A program made the position numbers and the translations under genes. Shown here one piece after another: positions 33,950-44,335 of a stretch of 64,000 nucleotides of DNA. Below the pieces are notes generated by a model. It had not been told where the DNA came from and searched no databases. It saw only the letters and a list, made by a program, of their open reading frames with translations. Each line of letters begins with the position of its first letter. Position 1 is the first letter of the stretch. Source of the DNA: Myxococcota bacterium (GTDB lineage: Bacteria > Myxococcota_A > Polyangia > Nannocystales > Nannocystaceae); assembly GCA_039028615.1 (NCBI GenBank), contig JBCCHT010000040.1:44259-108258 (forward strand), in the 5' to 3' direction.

Positions 33950-36375
33950 ACCGTCGTGTGTGGTGGCTTGGTGGGCTGGTGCTGGCGGTTGCCTGTGGCG
34001 ACGACGCGACGATGGTCGACACCGACAGCAATGGCGCGAGCGGGGACTCGGGAGCGACCGCGGCCACGGCCGACGACGCGACCGCCGATGGTCCCATGCT
34101 CGACGAATCGGCGGGCGCCTGCGTCGAGGCCTTCGAGCTCGAGTGCCCGGCCGATCAGAGCGTGCAGTGCGTGGGTCCGCAGACGCCGGTCATGGTCGAG
34201 GCCCCCGAGGCACCCTGCGAAGAGTGGACCGTCAGCGGGGAGGCACCCGAGTCGCTGCCGCCGGGCGATCACGAGGTCGAGTTCGTCATGGAGCTCGACG
34301 AGATGGTCGCCACCTGCACCACGGCGATCACCGTGATCGACGAGGACCCGCCCTTCATCGACTGCCCCGAACCCGGCACCTTGGTCCTGCGCACCGAGCC
34401 GGGCCAGGAGGTCATGCCGCCCTCGCTGTCGGCCGACGACCTGTGCTGGGACGAGCTGGAGTTCACCACCGATCCGCCCGTGCTGCCGGGTGGAGTGGTC
34501 GACGTCGAGTACACCGCGACCGACGGCAGCGGAAACTCGGCCTCCTGCACCACGCAGATCGAGGTGCTCGACGCGTTCGCCGTCGAGGGCTTCCGCATCA
34601 TCAGCGCCACGCTCACTCAATCGGGCGGCACCGACGTGACCCTGGCGTGGGAGCCGAACCCCGCGTCGCCCATCTCCGGCTATCGGGTAGAGATCGCCGA
34701 CGGCCCCGATGGCCCCTGGACCGTGCTGGACACGGTGCCCGGCGACGAGCAGCTGTACACCCACTCGATGACCGATCCCACCGCATGGTTTCGGGTGGTC
34801 ACTGAGTCCGAGCTGGGCGAGGGCGGGGCCACGGCCGGGCGCATCGCCTACTCGGTCACCGACGAGTTCTACGACATCCGCGACGTGCCCGTGCCCGGGG
34901 TGCCCTTCGACACCACGCTCTACGGCGTGGTTCGTTATCCCAGCGCGCTCGACGAGGGCCCGTTCCCGCTCATCGTCGTGCTGCACGGCAACCACGGCAA
35001 CTGTCGGGACCCCGGCGATCCCAACAGCGACTTCTGCTCCACCAGCCAGGACCACGAGTGCTCGATTGGAGGCGCGGACACGGCTCCCAACGCCGAGGGC
35101 TACATCTACTTCCTCGACACCCTGGCGGCGCAGGGCTACGTGACGGTCAGCATCAGCGGCAACGCCATGAACTGCCGCACCGACTACATCATCGAGCGCT
35201 CGCAGCTCATCGTGGAGCACCTGCGGCACTGGTCCGACTGGGGCGCGGGGCAGGGGGCGCTGGGCGGCGTGTTCTCGGGCGGGCTCGATCTTTCGCAGGT
35301 CGGCCTGGTGGGGCACTCGCGGGGCGGCGACGCCGTGTCCAACGTGCCGGGGATCTTGGCCAACAGCCCCGTCCCGGGCGTCGACATCCAGTCGGTCTTT
35401 GCCATCGCGCCCACCGACTTTCACGACGTGCAGGTGCGCAACACCGACCTGGCCGTGCTGCTGCCCGCGTGCGACGGCGACGTCAGCAACCTGTCGGGTC
35501 ATCGACACTACGATCGCTCGATCAACTTCGACGACGGCGTCGAGCAGGCCCAGGTGATGTTCATCGGGGCCAACCACAACTACTTCAATACCGAGTGGCG
35601 CCTGTCGGAGTGGGAGCTGTTCCCGGGCACGCATCCCAACTGCGAGCCGAGCTCCGCGCCGCAGCAGCGCGAGCAGACCCATATGCTCGAGGCCACGCTC
35701 GGCTCGTGGTTCGGCACCACGCTGCAGGGGGAGGCGACCGAGGCCTTCGTGATGGCCGAGGAGCCCTCGCCCAGTGCCTTCGACGCGTGGGCGCAAGCCA
35801 GCCTCGATCTACGGTGGTCCTACTCCTCGCCGGACCGGGTCAGCATCGACGACTTCACCGGACCCGAGACGCCGAACACCAACGACCTGGGCGGCACCAA
35901 TACGCTGGGCAACGATTGGTTCTTGTGGGAGGTCTGCCAGGCCACCAACTGCGACACCCGCTACCCGCACCTGCGCAACTCGCTGCGGCTCCTGTGGGAA
36001 GAGGGCAACACGCCGCTGGCTCGCTTCGAGCTCGGGGGTTACGACGCCTCCGGGGCGGGCACGCTGTCGTTCCGGGTCGTCTCGCGCTTCAGCAGCCTCA
36101 ACACCGGGCTGGCGGAGCAGGACTTCTTCATTCGGGTGATCGACACCGAGGGCGGCTCGGTGCAGCTGCCCGTGTCGGATCTCAAGGTGCTCAATCACCT
36201 CTATCCGCAGACCGACGTGCTGGAGATCCTCGAGACGGTGCGGCTGCCGATCGACACGCTGCTCGAGTACGAGCCCGCGTTGGCCGTGGATTCGCTCGAG
36301 GCGCTCGAGTTCGAGATGACCGCGCTCGATCGCTCGGGCTCGGTCATCATCACCGACCTCGAGTTTGCCCAGTAA
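33946..36375 (+). CDS. lipoprotein with HYR/FN3-like domains and an alpha/beta hydrolase domain
   Basis: AVAC lipobox; YTATDGSGNSASC (HYR); LHGNH, GHSRGG, CDGDV, GANHNYFN. Confidence 0.88.
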   Translation: MNRRVWWLGGLVLAVACGDDATMVDTDSNGASGDSGATAATADDATADGPMLDESAGACVEAFELECPADQSVQCVGPQTPVMVEAPEAPCEEWTVSGEAPESLPPGDHEVEFVMELDEMVATCTTAITVIDEDPPFIDCPEPGTLVLRTEPGQEVMPPSLSADDLCWDELEFTTDPPVLPGGVVDVEYTATDGSGNSASCTTQIEVLDAFAVEGFRIISATLTQSGGTDVTLAWEPNPASPISGYRVEIADGPDGPWTVLDTVPGDEQLYTHSMTDPTAWFRVVTESELGEGGATAGRIAYSVTDEFYDIRDVPVPGVPFDTTLYGVVRYPSALDEGPFPLIVVLHGNHGNCRDPGDPNSDFCSTSQDHECSIGGADTAPNAEGYIYFLDTLAAQGYVTVSISGNAMNCRTDYIIERSQLIVEHLRHWSDWGAGQGALGGVFSGGLDLSQVGLVGHSRGGDAVSNVPGILANSPVPGVDIQSVFAIAPTDFHDVQVRNTDLAVLLPACDGDVSNLSGHRHYDRSINFDDGVEQAQVMFIGANHNYFNTEWRLSEWELFPGTHPNCEPSSAPQQREQTHMLEATLGSWFGTTLQGEATEAFVMAEEPSPSAFDAWAQASLDLRWSYSSPDRVSIDDFTGPETPNTNDLGGTNTLGNDWFLWEVCQATNCDTRYPHLRNSLRLLWEEGNTPLARFELGGYDASGAGTLSFRVVSRFSSLNTGLAEQDFFIRVIDTEGGSVQLPVSDLKVLNHLYPQTDVLEILETVRLPIDTLLEYEPALAVDSLEALEFEMTALDRSGSVIITDLEFAQ

Positions 36376-36414
36376 TCGCGGGGCGCACGGTCGGCGGGAC
36401 CGGGCGGCGCGGGT

Positions 36415-37239
36415 TCAGAAGAACACGCGCAGCCCTCCTGTGGGGCCGTGTAGCTCGACTCGGCCCACCGCGCGCGCCTCGTAGCCGCCGAACACCTCGA
36501 ATCGACGCAGCATCACGCCGCCCGTCGCTCGAAACGAGTAGGTCCACGCGTCGCCCAGGGTGCCCACGTCTAGCCGGCTGCGCAGCACCAGGGGCCGCAC
36601 GGGATACACCGCGAGGCGAACCGTCGCATTGCTTCCCATCGCGTCGGTGCGCTCGACGGAGGGGTGGGCCCGACCATCGATCATGAAGTTCACGCCCAGC
36701 CCCACGAGCAAGCGCACCCGAGGACGTAGCAGGGGCACCATCAGGGCGTTGGCGCTGCCGAGGGTGAGGGCATCCAGCGGGCGGATCTCGAGCATCGGGT
36801 TGAAGTCGACGGCGAGCCCGACCGCCCGCCCCACTAGCTGTAGGTCGACCCCGGAGCGGACGAGCGTCGGGCTGAACCACGCCCCATCGAGGGCCACCGA
36901 GCCCGAGAACATGCGGCTGCGCGGCGCCGACTCGCCGTCCGCCACGATGCGCATCTGGCCGCGATAGCCACGCGCGTAGGGAAAGGGAGCGTAGCGGCGC
37001 TTGGCCACCAAGTCGCCGAGCCCGACGCAATCACCCGAACACGAGGCTCCCGTGCCGTCGTAGTCGTAGTCATCGTCGTCGTAGCCATCGTCGTCATCAC
37101 CGCCGAACAACGACCACGAGGAATCGTCGGAGGAGCCGCTCGTCTCCGAGCGCATATCGTCGAGGTCGCCCGCTCGAGCCAGTGAAGGAGTGCCCGCGAT
37201 CACAGCGAGCAGCGGCGAGACTTTCAACCAACGAAGCAC
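36415..37239 (-). CDS. putative outer-membrane beta-barrel protein
   Basis: signal peptide ending ARA, acidic linker, amphipathic strands, terminal Phe; start uncertain. Confidence 0.6.
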   Translation of the reverse strand: MLRWLKVSPLLAVIAGTPSLARAGDLDDMRSETSGSSDDSSWSLFGGDDDDGYDDDDYDYDGTGASCSGDCVGLGDLVAKRRYAPFPYARGYRGQMRIVADGESAPRSRMFSGSVALDGAWFSPTLVRSGVDLQLVGRAVGLAVDFNPMLEIRPLDALTLGSANALMVPLLRPRVRLLVGLGVNFMIDGRAHPSVERTDAMGSNATVRLAVYPVRPLVLRSRLDVGTLGDAWTYSFRATGGVMLRRFEVFGGYEARAVGRVELHGPTGGLRVFF

Positions 37240-37437
37240 CCCGGGGTCCGTTGCAGGAAGGGCGCCGAAGGTGCGGCGACCTCCGATCAAGCACTTGGCG
37301 CGACGAGTGTCGTGGATTCACCACAGTGTTGCCCCAGGTCGCCGCGGTCAAACGGCAACACCGACCGACTCGGCGCTCGTCGGCAAAAGAGCACAAAGCA
37401 TCAAAACTGGGTGGTGGCCCATGGCTACGTTGAGGAC

Positions 37438-37800
37438 ATGAACAACCCCCTGAAAACCACCTGGGACCGCTACGTTGCCACCTGGAAGGTCGAGTCCGTC
37501 TCGGACACGCGCGCGCTCTTCGAGGGCATCCTCGATCCCGATTGCCGCTACACCGACCCCCTGGGAGCCACCCGTGGCTGGGACGACCTCATCAGCTACA
37601 TGACCGAGTTCCACCGCCAGATGCCCGGCAGCCACTTCGTCACCACGCGCTTTTTGTCCCACAACAACCGCAGCGTCGCCGCCTGGAACATGGTCGGCCG
37701 CGACGGCTCCGTGCTCGGCGACGGGATCAGCTACGGTGAGTACAACGACGCCGGGCAGCTGGTCACCATGACCGGCTTCTACGAGTGGCCCAACGCCTGA
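37438..37800 (+). CDS. SnoaL-like / NTF2-family protein
   Basis: CRYTDP...GWDDL, terminal MTGFY; GAGGA RBS. Confidence 0.85.
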   Translation: MNNPLKTTWDRYVATWKVESVSDTRALFEGILDPDCRYTDPLGATRGWDDLISYMTEFHRQMPGSHFVTTRFLSHNNRSVAAWNMVGRDGSVLGDGISYGEYNDAGQLVTMTGFYEWPNA

Positions 37801-37809
37801 GCCCGTCCC

Positions 37810-38688
37810 ATGGACTACGCACGCCAGATCCAGCGCGGCATCGACTACATCGAGGCCAACCTCGAGTTCGACATCGAGCTTTCGCGGGTGTCGAAGGTCG
37901 CGGGGATCAGCCATTGGCACTTTCAGCGGATCTTCAAGGCGGTCACGGGCGAGACGCTCAAGACCTACATCCGCTCGCGTCGCATGGCCAATGCCCTCGA
38001 TGCCCTGCTCACCACCAAGGCCGGGATCCTCGAGATTGCATTCCGCGCTGGCTTCGAGTCCCAAGAGGCCTTTACCCGTGCGTTCAAGAAGGCGTTCGGC
38101 ATCACGCCCAACGCCTACCGCAAGCTCGGCAACGACAGCCTCTTCCTCAAGAAGGTGCAGATCGACGCCGAGTACTTGCGGCACCTGAAGAGCAACGTCT
38201 CGCTGCAGCCCGACATCGACGACGCCCCGTCCATGGTGCTCGTGGGGCTGCAGACCTTCTTCTATGGCGTCGACTCCGACAAGAACAACATCGGCGAGGC
38301 GCTGCCCCCGTTGTGGGAGAGCTTCATGGCGCGCATCGGGGAGATCGACGACGTGCGGCCGGGCGTCTGCTACGGCGTGATCCAGCCCGTGGACGCTGGC
38401 TCCGCGCGGCTGTCCTATCACGCGGCCGTCGAGGTCTCGACGCTCCCGACCTTGCCCGAGGGCATGGTCAGCGTGGAGATCCCCGCGGCCACCTACGCCC
38501 ACTTCACCCACCGCGGCCCGGCCGAGAACTTCGACCACACGGTGAATTACATCTACTCGACTTGGTTGCAGCAATCGGGGTTTCGGCACACCTACGGGCC
38601 CGACGTCGAGATCTACGGCCACGAGTACCACCCGACCTCGCCCGACTCGGTCATGGGCTACGCCATCCCCATCGCCAAGGGCAGCTGA
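37810..38688 (+). CDS. AraC-family regulator with GyrI-like effector domain
   Basis: IDYIEANL, SHWHFQRIF, GFESQEAFTRAFKK; C-terminal YAHFTHRG...DVEIY. Confidence 0.95.
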   Translation: MDYARQIQRGIDYIEANLEFDIELSRVSKVAGISHWHFQRIFKAVTGETLKTYIRSRRMANALDALLTTKAGILEIAFRAGFESQEAFTRAFKKAFGITPNAYRKLGNDSLFLKKVQIDAEYLRHLKSNVSLQPDIDDAPSMVLVGLQTFFYGVDSDKNNIGEALPPLWESFMARIGEIDDVRPGVCYGVIQPVDAGSARLSYHAAVEVSTLPTLPEGMVSVEIPAATYAHFTHRGPAENFDHTVNYIYSTWLQQSGFRHTYGPDVEIYGHEYHPTSPDSVMGYAIPIAKGS

Positions 38689-38830
38689 GCCGATGTCCGC
38701 ATGATTGACAGCGTGTCCCTCTCGCCCGTCCGTCAGAGTCCTTTTCGGCACGGGCGGCCACGCGCGGGTCCGGCAAGCGTGCGTAGGGACGTGTCTGGCG
38801 GTTGGCCCTGCCTTTGCACTCCCCTTGGGC

Positions 38831-39217
38831 ATGACCGTCCTCGGAACCCTCTCCGTACTCCTTTCGTCTGCCCTGTTCGCCACCCCCAAGCCCGCGGCTT
38901 CCGGCCCCAGCCCGACCGAGGTCGAAGTGGAGGTCGTCGAGAAGGGCGGCGCGACCCCGAGCCGGTTCTCCTTCGTGGTCCCCATCGACGGCTCCGTCTC
39001 CGCGTGGGTCGACCGCGGCGACAATGGCCGGCACTGCAAGGTCGGGGTCGACTCCGTCCGCGCGGGCCTTCGTCTCGACCTCCAGTGCAACGGCGCCGCG
39101 GGGCAGTCGCTGGATGTCCACGCCACGCGTAGCCTCAAGCGGGGCTCTCGCACCCGACTGGCGGCCATCCAGCGCCCGGGCGGCGCCAAGCGTCAGGTCT
39201 TCGTGACCTTGCGGTAG
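38831..39217 (+). CDS. small secreted hypothetical protein
   Basis: signal-peptide-like N-terminus, beta-rich, two Cys. Confidence 0.55.
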   Translation: MTVLGTLSVLLSSALFATPKPAASGPSPTEVEVEVVEKGGATPSRFSFVVPIDGSVSAWVDRGDNGRHCKVGVDSVRAGLRLDLQCNGAAGQSLDVHATRSLKRGSRTRLAAIQRPGGAKRQVFVTLR

Positions 39218-39365
39218 CCGAAGCGCACCTCGAAACCCGTGCGAGCGACCACCCGGCCCCGTCGACCGGCGCCGCGTTGTCCATGGTCGGAGGGCGCTCG
39301 GTGCAAAGGTCGAGGTTCCCTGATAGAGCGTCACGCTGCAGCGCAGGGAATCGAGGCCCGCACCC

Positions 39366-40505
39366 GTGACCAACCCGAGCACGACGAGTCACGCCAGACT
39401 GGCGATGGCGCGCACGACAACCACCCGGATGCTCCTCGAAGGTGCCGATGGTGGTCGTCGGGAGCCATCGTTCGAGGACGGCGCGTTCGCGCTGGTCGCG
39501 GTGAGCTACGCCGACGGCTCTACGAAGCCCACCTGCGGAATCTTGTCGCGCATGAGCTCCGTCTACGATTTGCTCTCGTCCCAGCCGGGCGGAGACGTCG
39601 GGCCAGGCGACTACGGACTCACTCCCGATGACCCCTGCGCGTATTTGATGGAGCTCGAGCGCGACAGCCTCGCGTCTTTGGGCTGTGTTCTCGGGTTCGA
39701 CGCCAGCAGCTTTTTCAATGGTCGGGGGCCGACCAACCCCTACCGCGGCATGCTCACCGCGCTCGCGACCGAGCTGCGTCACGCCTGGGTCCTCTTCGCC
39801 TGGTCCGATGAACGCTACGAGTGGGCTCTGGCGATCGTCGACATCACCGAGGGCCTGCCCGTCGAGCCGCGTCGCGACGACCTCCCGGTCAGCTTGGCCG
39901 AGGCCTACGAGGATGGTCGGGTTGCCGGCTTTGCCAAAGTGCTCGAGTCGGGGGAGTCCCCTGGTCCTGGAGAGCTTCACCGCGCCCTTTCTTCGCTCTC
40001 GGATGAAACCCGGGTCGAGGTCGTTGCCCTGCTCCTCGAAGCCGGGGCCGACCCCAACGCCGCGGACGTTGCGGGCGAAACGGTCTTGGCACGAGCCGCG
40101 CGGAACCCTGCCATTGGTGGGCCGCTGGTGCGCCTGCTCCTCGAGCATGGTGCCCGGCCCGACCTCGCCGCGGCGGAGGCTGCGGCCACGTTGGGGGTCG
40201 TCGGCGTGGTCACGCTTCTGCCGGTTGCCGAGCATTCCCTGCGCTACGCCGCCCGCAACAACCACGTCGATGTGGTCGAGCACCTGCTCACCCGCATCAC
40301 GGACGTGGATCAGCACGACTTCACCGCGCTGCACGGAGCCGCGGTCGAGGGGCACGTCGAGGTGTGTCGTCTCCTCGTCGAGGCCGGAGCGGATCCCGGG
40401 CGGCTCACCGCCAAAGGACAAAGCGCCCTGGACCTCGCCGTGAAGCATGAACGCCTCGAGCTGGTGCAGTATCTGGAATCCGTTCGAGGTCGCCGGGGCG
40501 ACTGA
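39366..40505 (+). CDS. ankyrin-repeat protein with unknown N-terminal domain
   Basis: LLEAGADPN, GETVL, TALHGAA..GH, GQSALDLA. Confidence 0.85.
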   Translation: MTNPSTTSHARLAMARTTTTRMLLEGADGGRREPSFEDGAFALVAVSYADGSTKPTCGILSRMSSVYDLLSSQPGGDVGPGDYGLTPDDPCAYLMELERDSLASLGCVLGFDASSFFNGRGPTNPYRGMLTALATELRHAWVLFAWSDERYEWALAIVDITEGLPVEPRRDDLPVSLAEAYEDGRVAGFAKVLESGESPGPGELHRALSSLSDETRVEVVALLLEAGADPNAADVAGETVLARAARNPAIGGPLVRLLLEHGARPDLAAAEAAATLGVVGVVTLLPVAEHSLRYAARNNHVDVVEHLLTRITDVDQHDFTALHGAAVEGHVEVCRLLVEAGADPGRLTAKGQSALDLAVKHERLELVQYLESVRGRRGD

Positions 40506-40539
40506 CGGACGGCCCCAAACCCTCGAAGCCGGACGATCT

Positions 40540-42120
40540 TCAGTCCTCTGCGTTGCGAAGGTCGTCGAACGACACCCCGCACTTCTTCCGGCACGACGCA
40601 GGCGGCCGCAGCGAGAACGCGGTGGCCTTGCCCACCGCGCGGGGCCCATCGATATCCACCTTCAGCATGCGGGGCCCGTCTTTGCTGCCCCATAGCTCGA
40701 CCAACATGGTCTCGGCATCTTCGCGTCGCAGCCGGGCGTACATGCCGGTTTCCTTGCCTGAACTCATGCCCAGCAGCTCCCCTTCGGAGTCGATCGCCGC
40801 GACCCGCCACTCGCGGCCGCACTCGCCCCCCGTGCTCAGGAGCATCATCGTGCCGCCGCCCAGATCGCAGTGATGCCACTGGTCGGCGACGATCTTGGCC
40901 CGGCGCGGCAAGTGGGGCTTCAGCAGCTCGAGCTGAGCCTCGCTCGCCTTGCCGCACCCAGGGGTGTTCCCGAGGGTGGTGGTGTCGTCGCGCGACAGCG
41001 GGGTGGTGTCGAAGCCCCAGGCCTCGAGCAGCTCCTTCGGCGGCCGTCGCTCCAATCGGTTGTACGCACGCCGCTCGAAGTCGTCGCCGTCGAGCAGCAC
41101 GGCCTGCATCGTGCCGTCATCGAGGCCCAGGATGCCCAGGGCCATGCCGAGGCCTTCTTTGTGGCGGAAGGCGCTGGTGCCGAAGGCCCCGAAGTCCCCC
41201 AGGGGCACGGAGATCCGGGTCTCGCGATCGTAGAGCTGGTAGGTGCCGCGGTGCTCACCGCACGAAGCCCAGCTCGTGTTCTCGATGAGCAACATGCGAT
41301 CGCCCTGTTTGCCGTAGACGGCGGTGCCGGGCAGCATCCGCTGGAGGCGACCGTCGACGTCGACCTGCTCGACGAACGACGCGCGGGCGTTGTGGATCCG
41401 CGCCTTGCTCTTCCACGGCGCGCCGTCGAAGGTGATGACCCGCTTGGACAGGTCGAGGTTGAGCGGAGGCCGGGGCGCACCCGTGCGGCCGTAGACTTCG
41501 AACTCGGCCAGGTGCATGGGCCCCTCGCCGTGCATCTCGATGATCTCGAGGCTGAAGTTGCGGCTGGGGATGGGCTCCCCGAGCAAGACGTGCCACGGGC
41601 GGTCGTCGTCCGGCACCTTCACTTCGGTCCAGCCCTCGTGGGTATGCATGCGCACGATGCTGGGGCGCGCGTGCGGACCCCCGCCCTCGGGCGCGGCCGA
41701 GTACAGCCGCAGCCCGGCCACGTCGGCGGGCTCGGGGAAGTGGATGCCGATGGCGCAGCTCTTTTCCTTGGTGGGCGTGCAGGTCCACGAGGTGCGCAGG
41801 TTGTCGTCGCGGGTCAGCCGTGGAGCGCCCTCGCCAGGATGGGACCACTCGGGGATCTCGATGGCGCCCGCCAGCGCGTGCAGCTTGGACAGCTTCTGGA
41901 GCGCGAAGCTCATGTGCTCGTTGGCCGTGCCGTAAAAGCGCAGCTTGTGCTCGGCCTTGGTCAGCGGCTCGGGCAGCAGCGGCGACTTTTCGGGCGTGCC
42001 CCCGGACTCGCCCGCCGCTTCCTCGGGCTTGGCCTTGGTCTCCGGTTTTTCCTCGCCGCCGTCGCAGCCGGGCAGCAACAGGGCGAGAGCGACAACCACA
42101 CGTGGAGCGAAGTCAGACAT
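40540..42120 (-). CDS. lipoprotein with a discoidin/F5-8C-like (galactose-binding-like) domain
   Basis: LPGC lipobox; DDNLRTSW...RP...HLAEFEVYG. Confidence 0.6.
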   Translation of the reverse strand: MSDFAPRVVVALALLLPGCDGGEEKPETKAKPEEAAGESGGTPEKSPLLPEPLTKAEHKLRFYGTANEHMSFALQKLSKLHALAGAIEIPEWSHPGEGAPRLTRDDNLRTSWTCTPTKEKSCAIGIHFPEPADVAGLRLYSAAPEGGGPHARPSIVRMHTHEGWTEVKVPDDDRPWHVLLGEPIPSRNFSLEIIEMHGEGPMHLAEFEVYGRTGAPRPPLNLDLSKRVITFDGAPWKSKARIHNARASFVEQVDVDGRLQRMLPGTAVYGKQGDRMLLIENTSWASCGEHRGTYQLYDRETRISVPLGDFGAFGTSAFRHKEGLGMALGILGLDDGTMQAVLLDGDDFERRAYNRLERRPPKELLEAWGFDTTPLSRDDTTTLGNTPGCGKASEAQLELLKPHLPRRAKIVADQWHHCDLGGGTMMLLSTGGECGREWRVAAIDSEGELLGMSSGKETGMYARLRREDAETMLVELWGSKDGPRMLKVDIDGPRAVGKATAFSLRPPASCRKKCGVSFDDLRNAED

Positions 42121-42192
42121 CCGCGGATCCATGGGTAACACGAGGGGCGACGCGGCGCATCGGGCGGGGCCTGGCTGTTACGATCCGGGACC

Positions 42193-43797
42193 GTGCCCCG
42201 CCCCGACCGAGCCGTCCGCGATGCGCCCCGGCGTGGTCGTGACGCATGGGTGGCGCTGTTGCTGCTGATCTCCCTCGGTGTGACCGCGCCCTACTTCAGT
42301 CGGCTGATGAACGCCAACGAGCGACCGCGGGTGCTCCAGGCGATCGCGTGGGTCGATGCGGCGGAGCTCGCCGTGGACGGGCCAGCCGCGCGGGGGATCC
42401 GCCCGGGGATCGACGTGTCGCGGTCTCCGGTCGACGGTCGTCTGTATCCGAACAAGCCGCCCGGGGCGACGGTACCCGCGGTGGTGGGCTATGCCGCGCT
42501 GCGCTTGGTCGCCGCCGTGGGCGGGCCCGAGCCGAGCCTGCGGTCCACCACCATCGCGGCGCGGGTGCTGGGCGGGCTGTTGCCGACGATGGTGCTGCTG
42601 CTGTGGTTGGCTCGGCGCCTGCGTGCTCGAGGGGCCGGGCCGGCGGGGGACGCCGCGGTGCTGATCGTCGCGCTGGCGACTCCGCTCACCAGCTATGCAC
42701 GCCTGCTCTTCGGTCACAGCCTCGCCGCGTGCCTGGTACTGCTCGGCGCCATGCTGGTGGTCGATGGCCTCCGCGAACCCGAGGGCGATGCTCGACGTGC
42801 GTTGCTCGGCGGGGTGCTGGCCGCCTCGGCGATCACCGTCGAGTACGCGGCCGCCTTTGCTGGCCTGCCCTTGGCGGTGCTGGTGATCGCGAAGTGGCGC
42901 GGCGGAACCCCGTGGCGCGTGGTCGCGGCGGCGGTGGTCGGCGCGTGCCTGCCCGTGTTGGCGCTCGCCGCCTACCATGCGGCGGTCTTCGGCAGCCCGT
43001 GGGCGACCGGGTATCACCACGTGGTCGATGCCGACTTCGCCCAGACCCACGCGCAGGGCCTGCTCGGTCTGGGGCTCCCCACGGGCACGTCGTTGTTCGA
43101 GCACGGGCTGTCGCCGTGGGGCGGGCTGCTGGTGTGGGCTCCGTTGGTCGCGGTGGGCTTGGGCGCGGGCCTATGGCAGTGGTCGAGCCTCGATCTCGAG
43201 GCACGCTTGGCCACCGCGATGCTGGCGATGTTCACCCTCATCGTACTCGGCCTGCAGCAGACCGGTGGCTGGCGGGTGGGCCCGCGCTATCTCGTGCTGG
43301 CGATGCCGCTCGCGGCGTATGGGCTCGTGCCCGCGCTGCGGTGGGCCCAGGAGCGGTCCGTGGTCGCGATGATCCTGCTCGGTGTGGCCATCGCGTCGAC
43401 GGTGCTCAATGCCCTCGCCGCCAACCTGTTTCCGCACCTGATCCCGCACGGCAATCCGCTCGCCGACGTCTTGCTTCCGCTCGTCGCCGAGGGCCGAGCG
43501 CCGTCGTCGTTGCTGCCCGGCGCATGGCTGACGCTGGTCACGGTGTTGCTCGTACCGGTTGCGCTCGTGACCCTCGCATTGGCGCAGTCTTTCGCAGACA
43601 CGAGCGCGGACGCGACCCCCGTTCGCCCGGCGTTCGTCGTTGCCATGGGGGGGGCGATCGCGGCCGCCATCCTGGCGCTTGGTTGCACCATGCCCAGTCA
43701 CCCCGAAGCCGACGGTGACCTCGCCGCCATCCACTCGATCTGGGAACCCGGCGGCGCGCGGTCACCTCGACATGTCCCGCTGACTCCACTGCCCTGA
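42193..43797 (+). CDS. polytopic membrane protein, GT-C-like (ArnT/PMT-type) glycosyltransferase candidate
   Basis: TM1 followed by NANERPR...YPNKPPG loop; GWRVGPRYL; more than 10 TMs. Confidence 0.6.
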   Translation: MPRPDRAVRDAPRRGRDAWVALLLLISLGVTAPYFSRLMNANERPRVLQAIAWVDAAELAVDGPAARGIRPGIDVSRSPVDGRLYPNKPPGATVPAVVGYAALRLVAAVGGPEPSLRSTTIAARVLGGLLPTMVLLLWLARRLRARGAGPAGDAAVLIVALATPLTSYARLLFGHSLAACLVLLGAMLVVDGLREPEGDARRALLGGVLAASAITVEYAAAFAGLPLAVLVIAKWRGGTPWRVVAAAVVGACLPVLALAAYHAAVFGSPWATGYHHVVDADFAQTHAQGLLGLGLPTGTSLFEHGLSPWGGLLVWAPLVAVGLGAGLWQWSSLDLEARLATAMLAMFTLIVLGLQQTGGWRVGPRYLVLAMPLAAYGLVPALRWAQERSVVAMILLGVAIASTVLNALAANLFPHLIPHGNPLADVLLPLVAEGRAPSSLLPGAWLTLVTVLLVPVALVTLALAQSFADTSADATPVRPAFVVAMGGAIAAAILALGCTMPSHPEADGDLAAIHSIWEPGGARSPRHVPLTPLP

Positions 43798-43829
43798 AAA
43801 TTTCTCGGCGAGTCGTTGGAACTTTCTTC

Positions 43830-43855
43830 TTGACGATGCGTCTTGCATGACGCAT
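43830..43855 (+). promoter_or_regulatory. -35-like TTGACG followed by the inverted repeat ATGCGTC-N6-GACGCAT (putative operator)
   Basis: perfect 7-bp arms at 43836-43842 and 43849-43855. Confidence 0.55.
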
Positions 43856-43867
43856 AGGAAGTTCATC

Positions 43868-43996
43868 ATGACCACGAAGCGACAGATTCTCGATCGGAGC
43901 GAAGGGCTGCAGTCGCAGTGCCATCGTTTGGATTGGAATTTGCCCGTGGCCATGCTGAGCCCAGCCGCGGGCGCAACTCACCAGTTGGGTGAGTAA
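43868..43996 (+). CDS. putative 42-aa leader peptide (uORF) upstream of the EF-Tu paralogue
   Basis: AGGA RBS 8 nt upstream; MTTKRQILDRSEGLQSQCHRLDWNLPVAMLSPAAGATHQLGE*. Confidence 0.45.
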   Translation: MTTKRQILDRSEGLQSQCHRLDWNLPVAMLSPAAGATHQLGE

Positions 43997-44023
43997 GTTT
44001 CCAAACTTCAGAATTTGCGCGCC

Positions 44024-44335
44024 AGAGGGCCCTTAGCCGTTGATTCGGCGGCCCTCTCGGTGGCCCCCGACGTTCGTCGGGCGGTGCATCGGCGCGGCGG
44101 TGGGGTCGGGATCCGAGGATAGGAGCCTGGTCCGAGCCCCCGCCGGAGCAAGCCGCATGTCGCCGGAAACGACAGCGGCCCGAGCATGACGATGGAGCTT
44201 TCGCGAAGGGCGTCCTCGACTGCATGGAGTCGAGCGGCGTCGTCGTGTTCGCCGTCTCGCGTCGGCACGCGGTGGCCCCGGCGTCGTGACCTCATGGAGA
44301 GGTTCGGCGACGCCGGGGCCGGGGCCCACTTTTCT
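44024..44335 (+). ncRNA. structured RNA (5' leader or sRNA) of consecutive hairpins, four with GGA in the loop
   Basis: hand-paired stems at 44024-44057, 44066-44081, 44096-44144, 44152-44179, 44182-44250 (13 bp with 3 G-U pairs) and 44274-44320 (13-bp perfect stem, loop AUGGA). Confidence 0.6.

Noticed and set aside
44024..44335. tRNA, tmRNA or known riboswitch in the tuf leader
   Set aside because: No cloverleaf with TTCRA T-loop and CCA end; no aptamer consensus recognisable by eye
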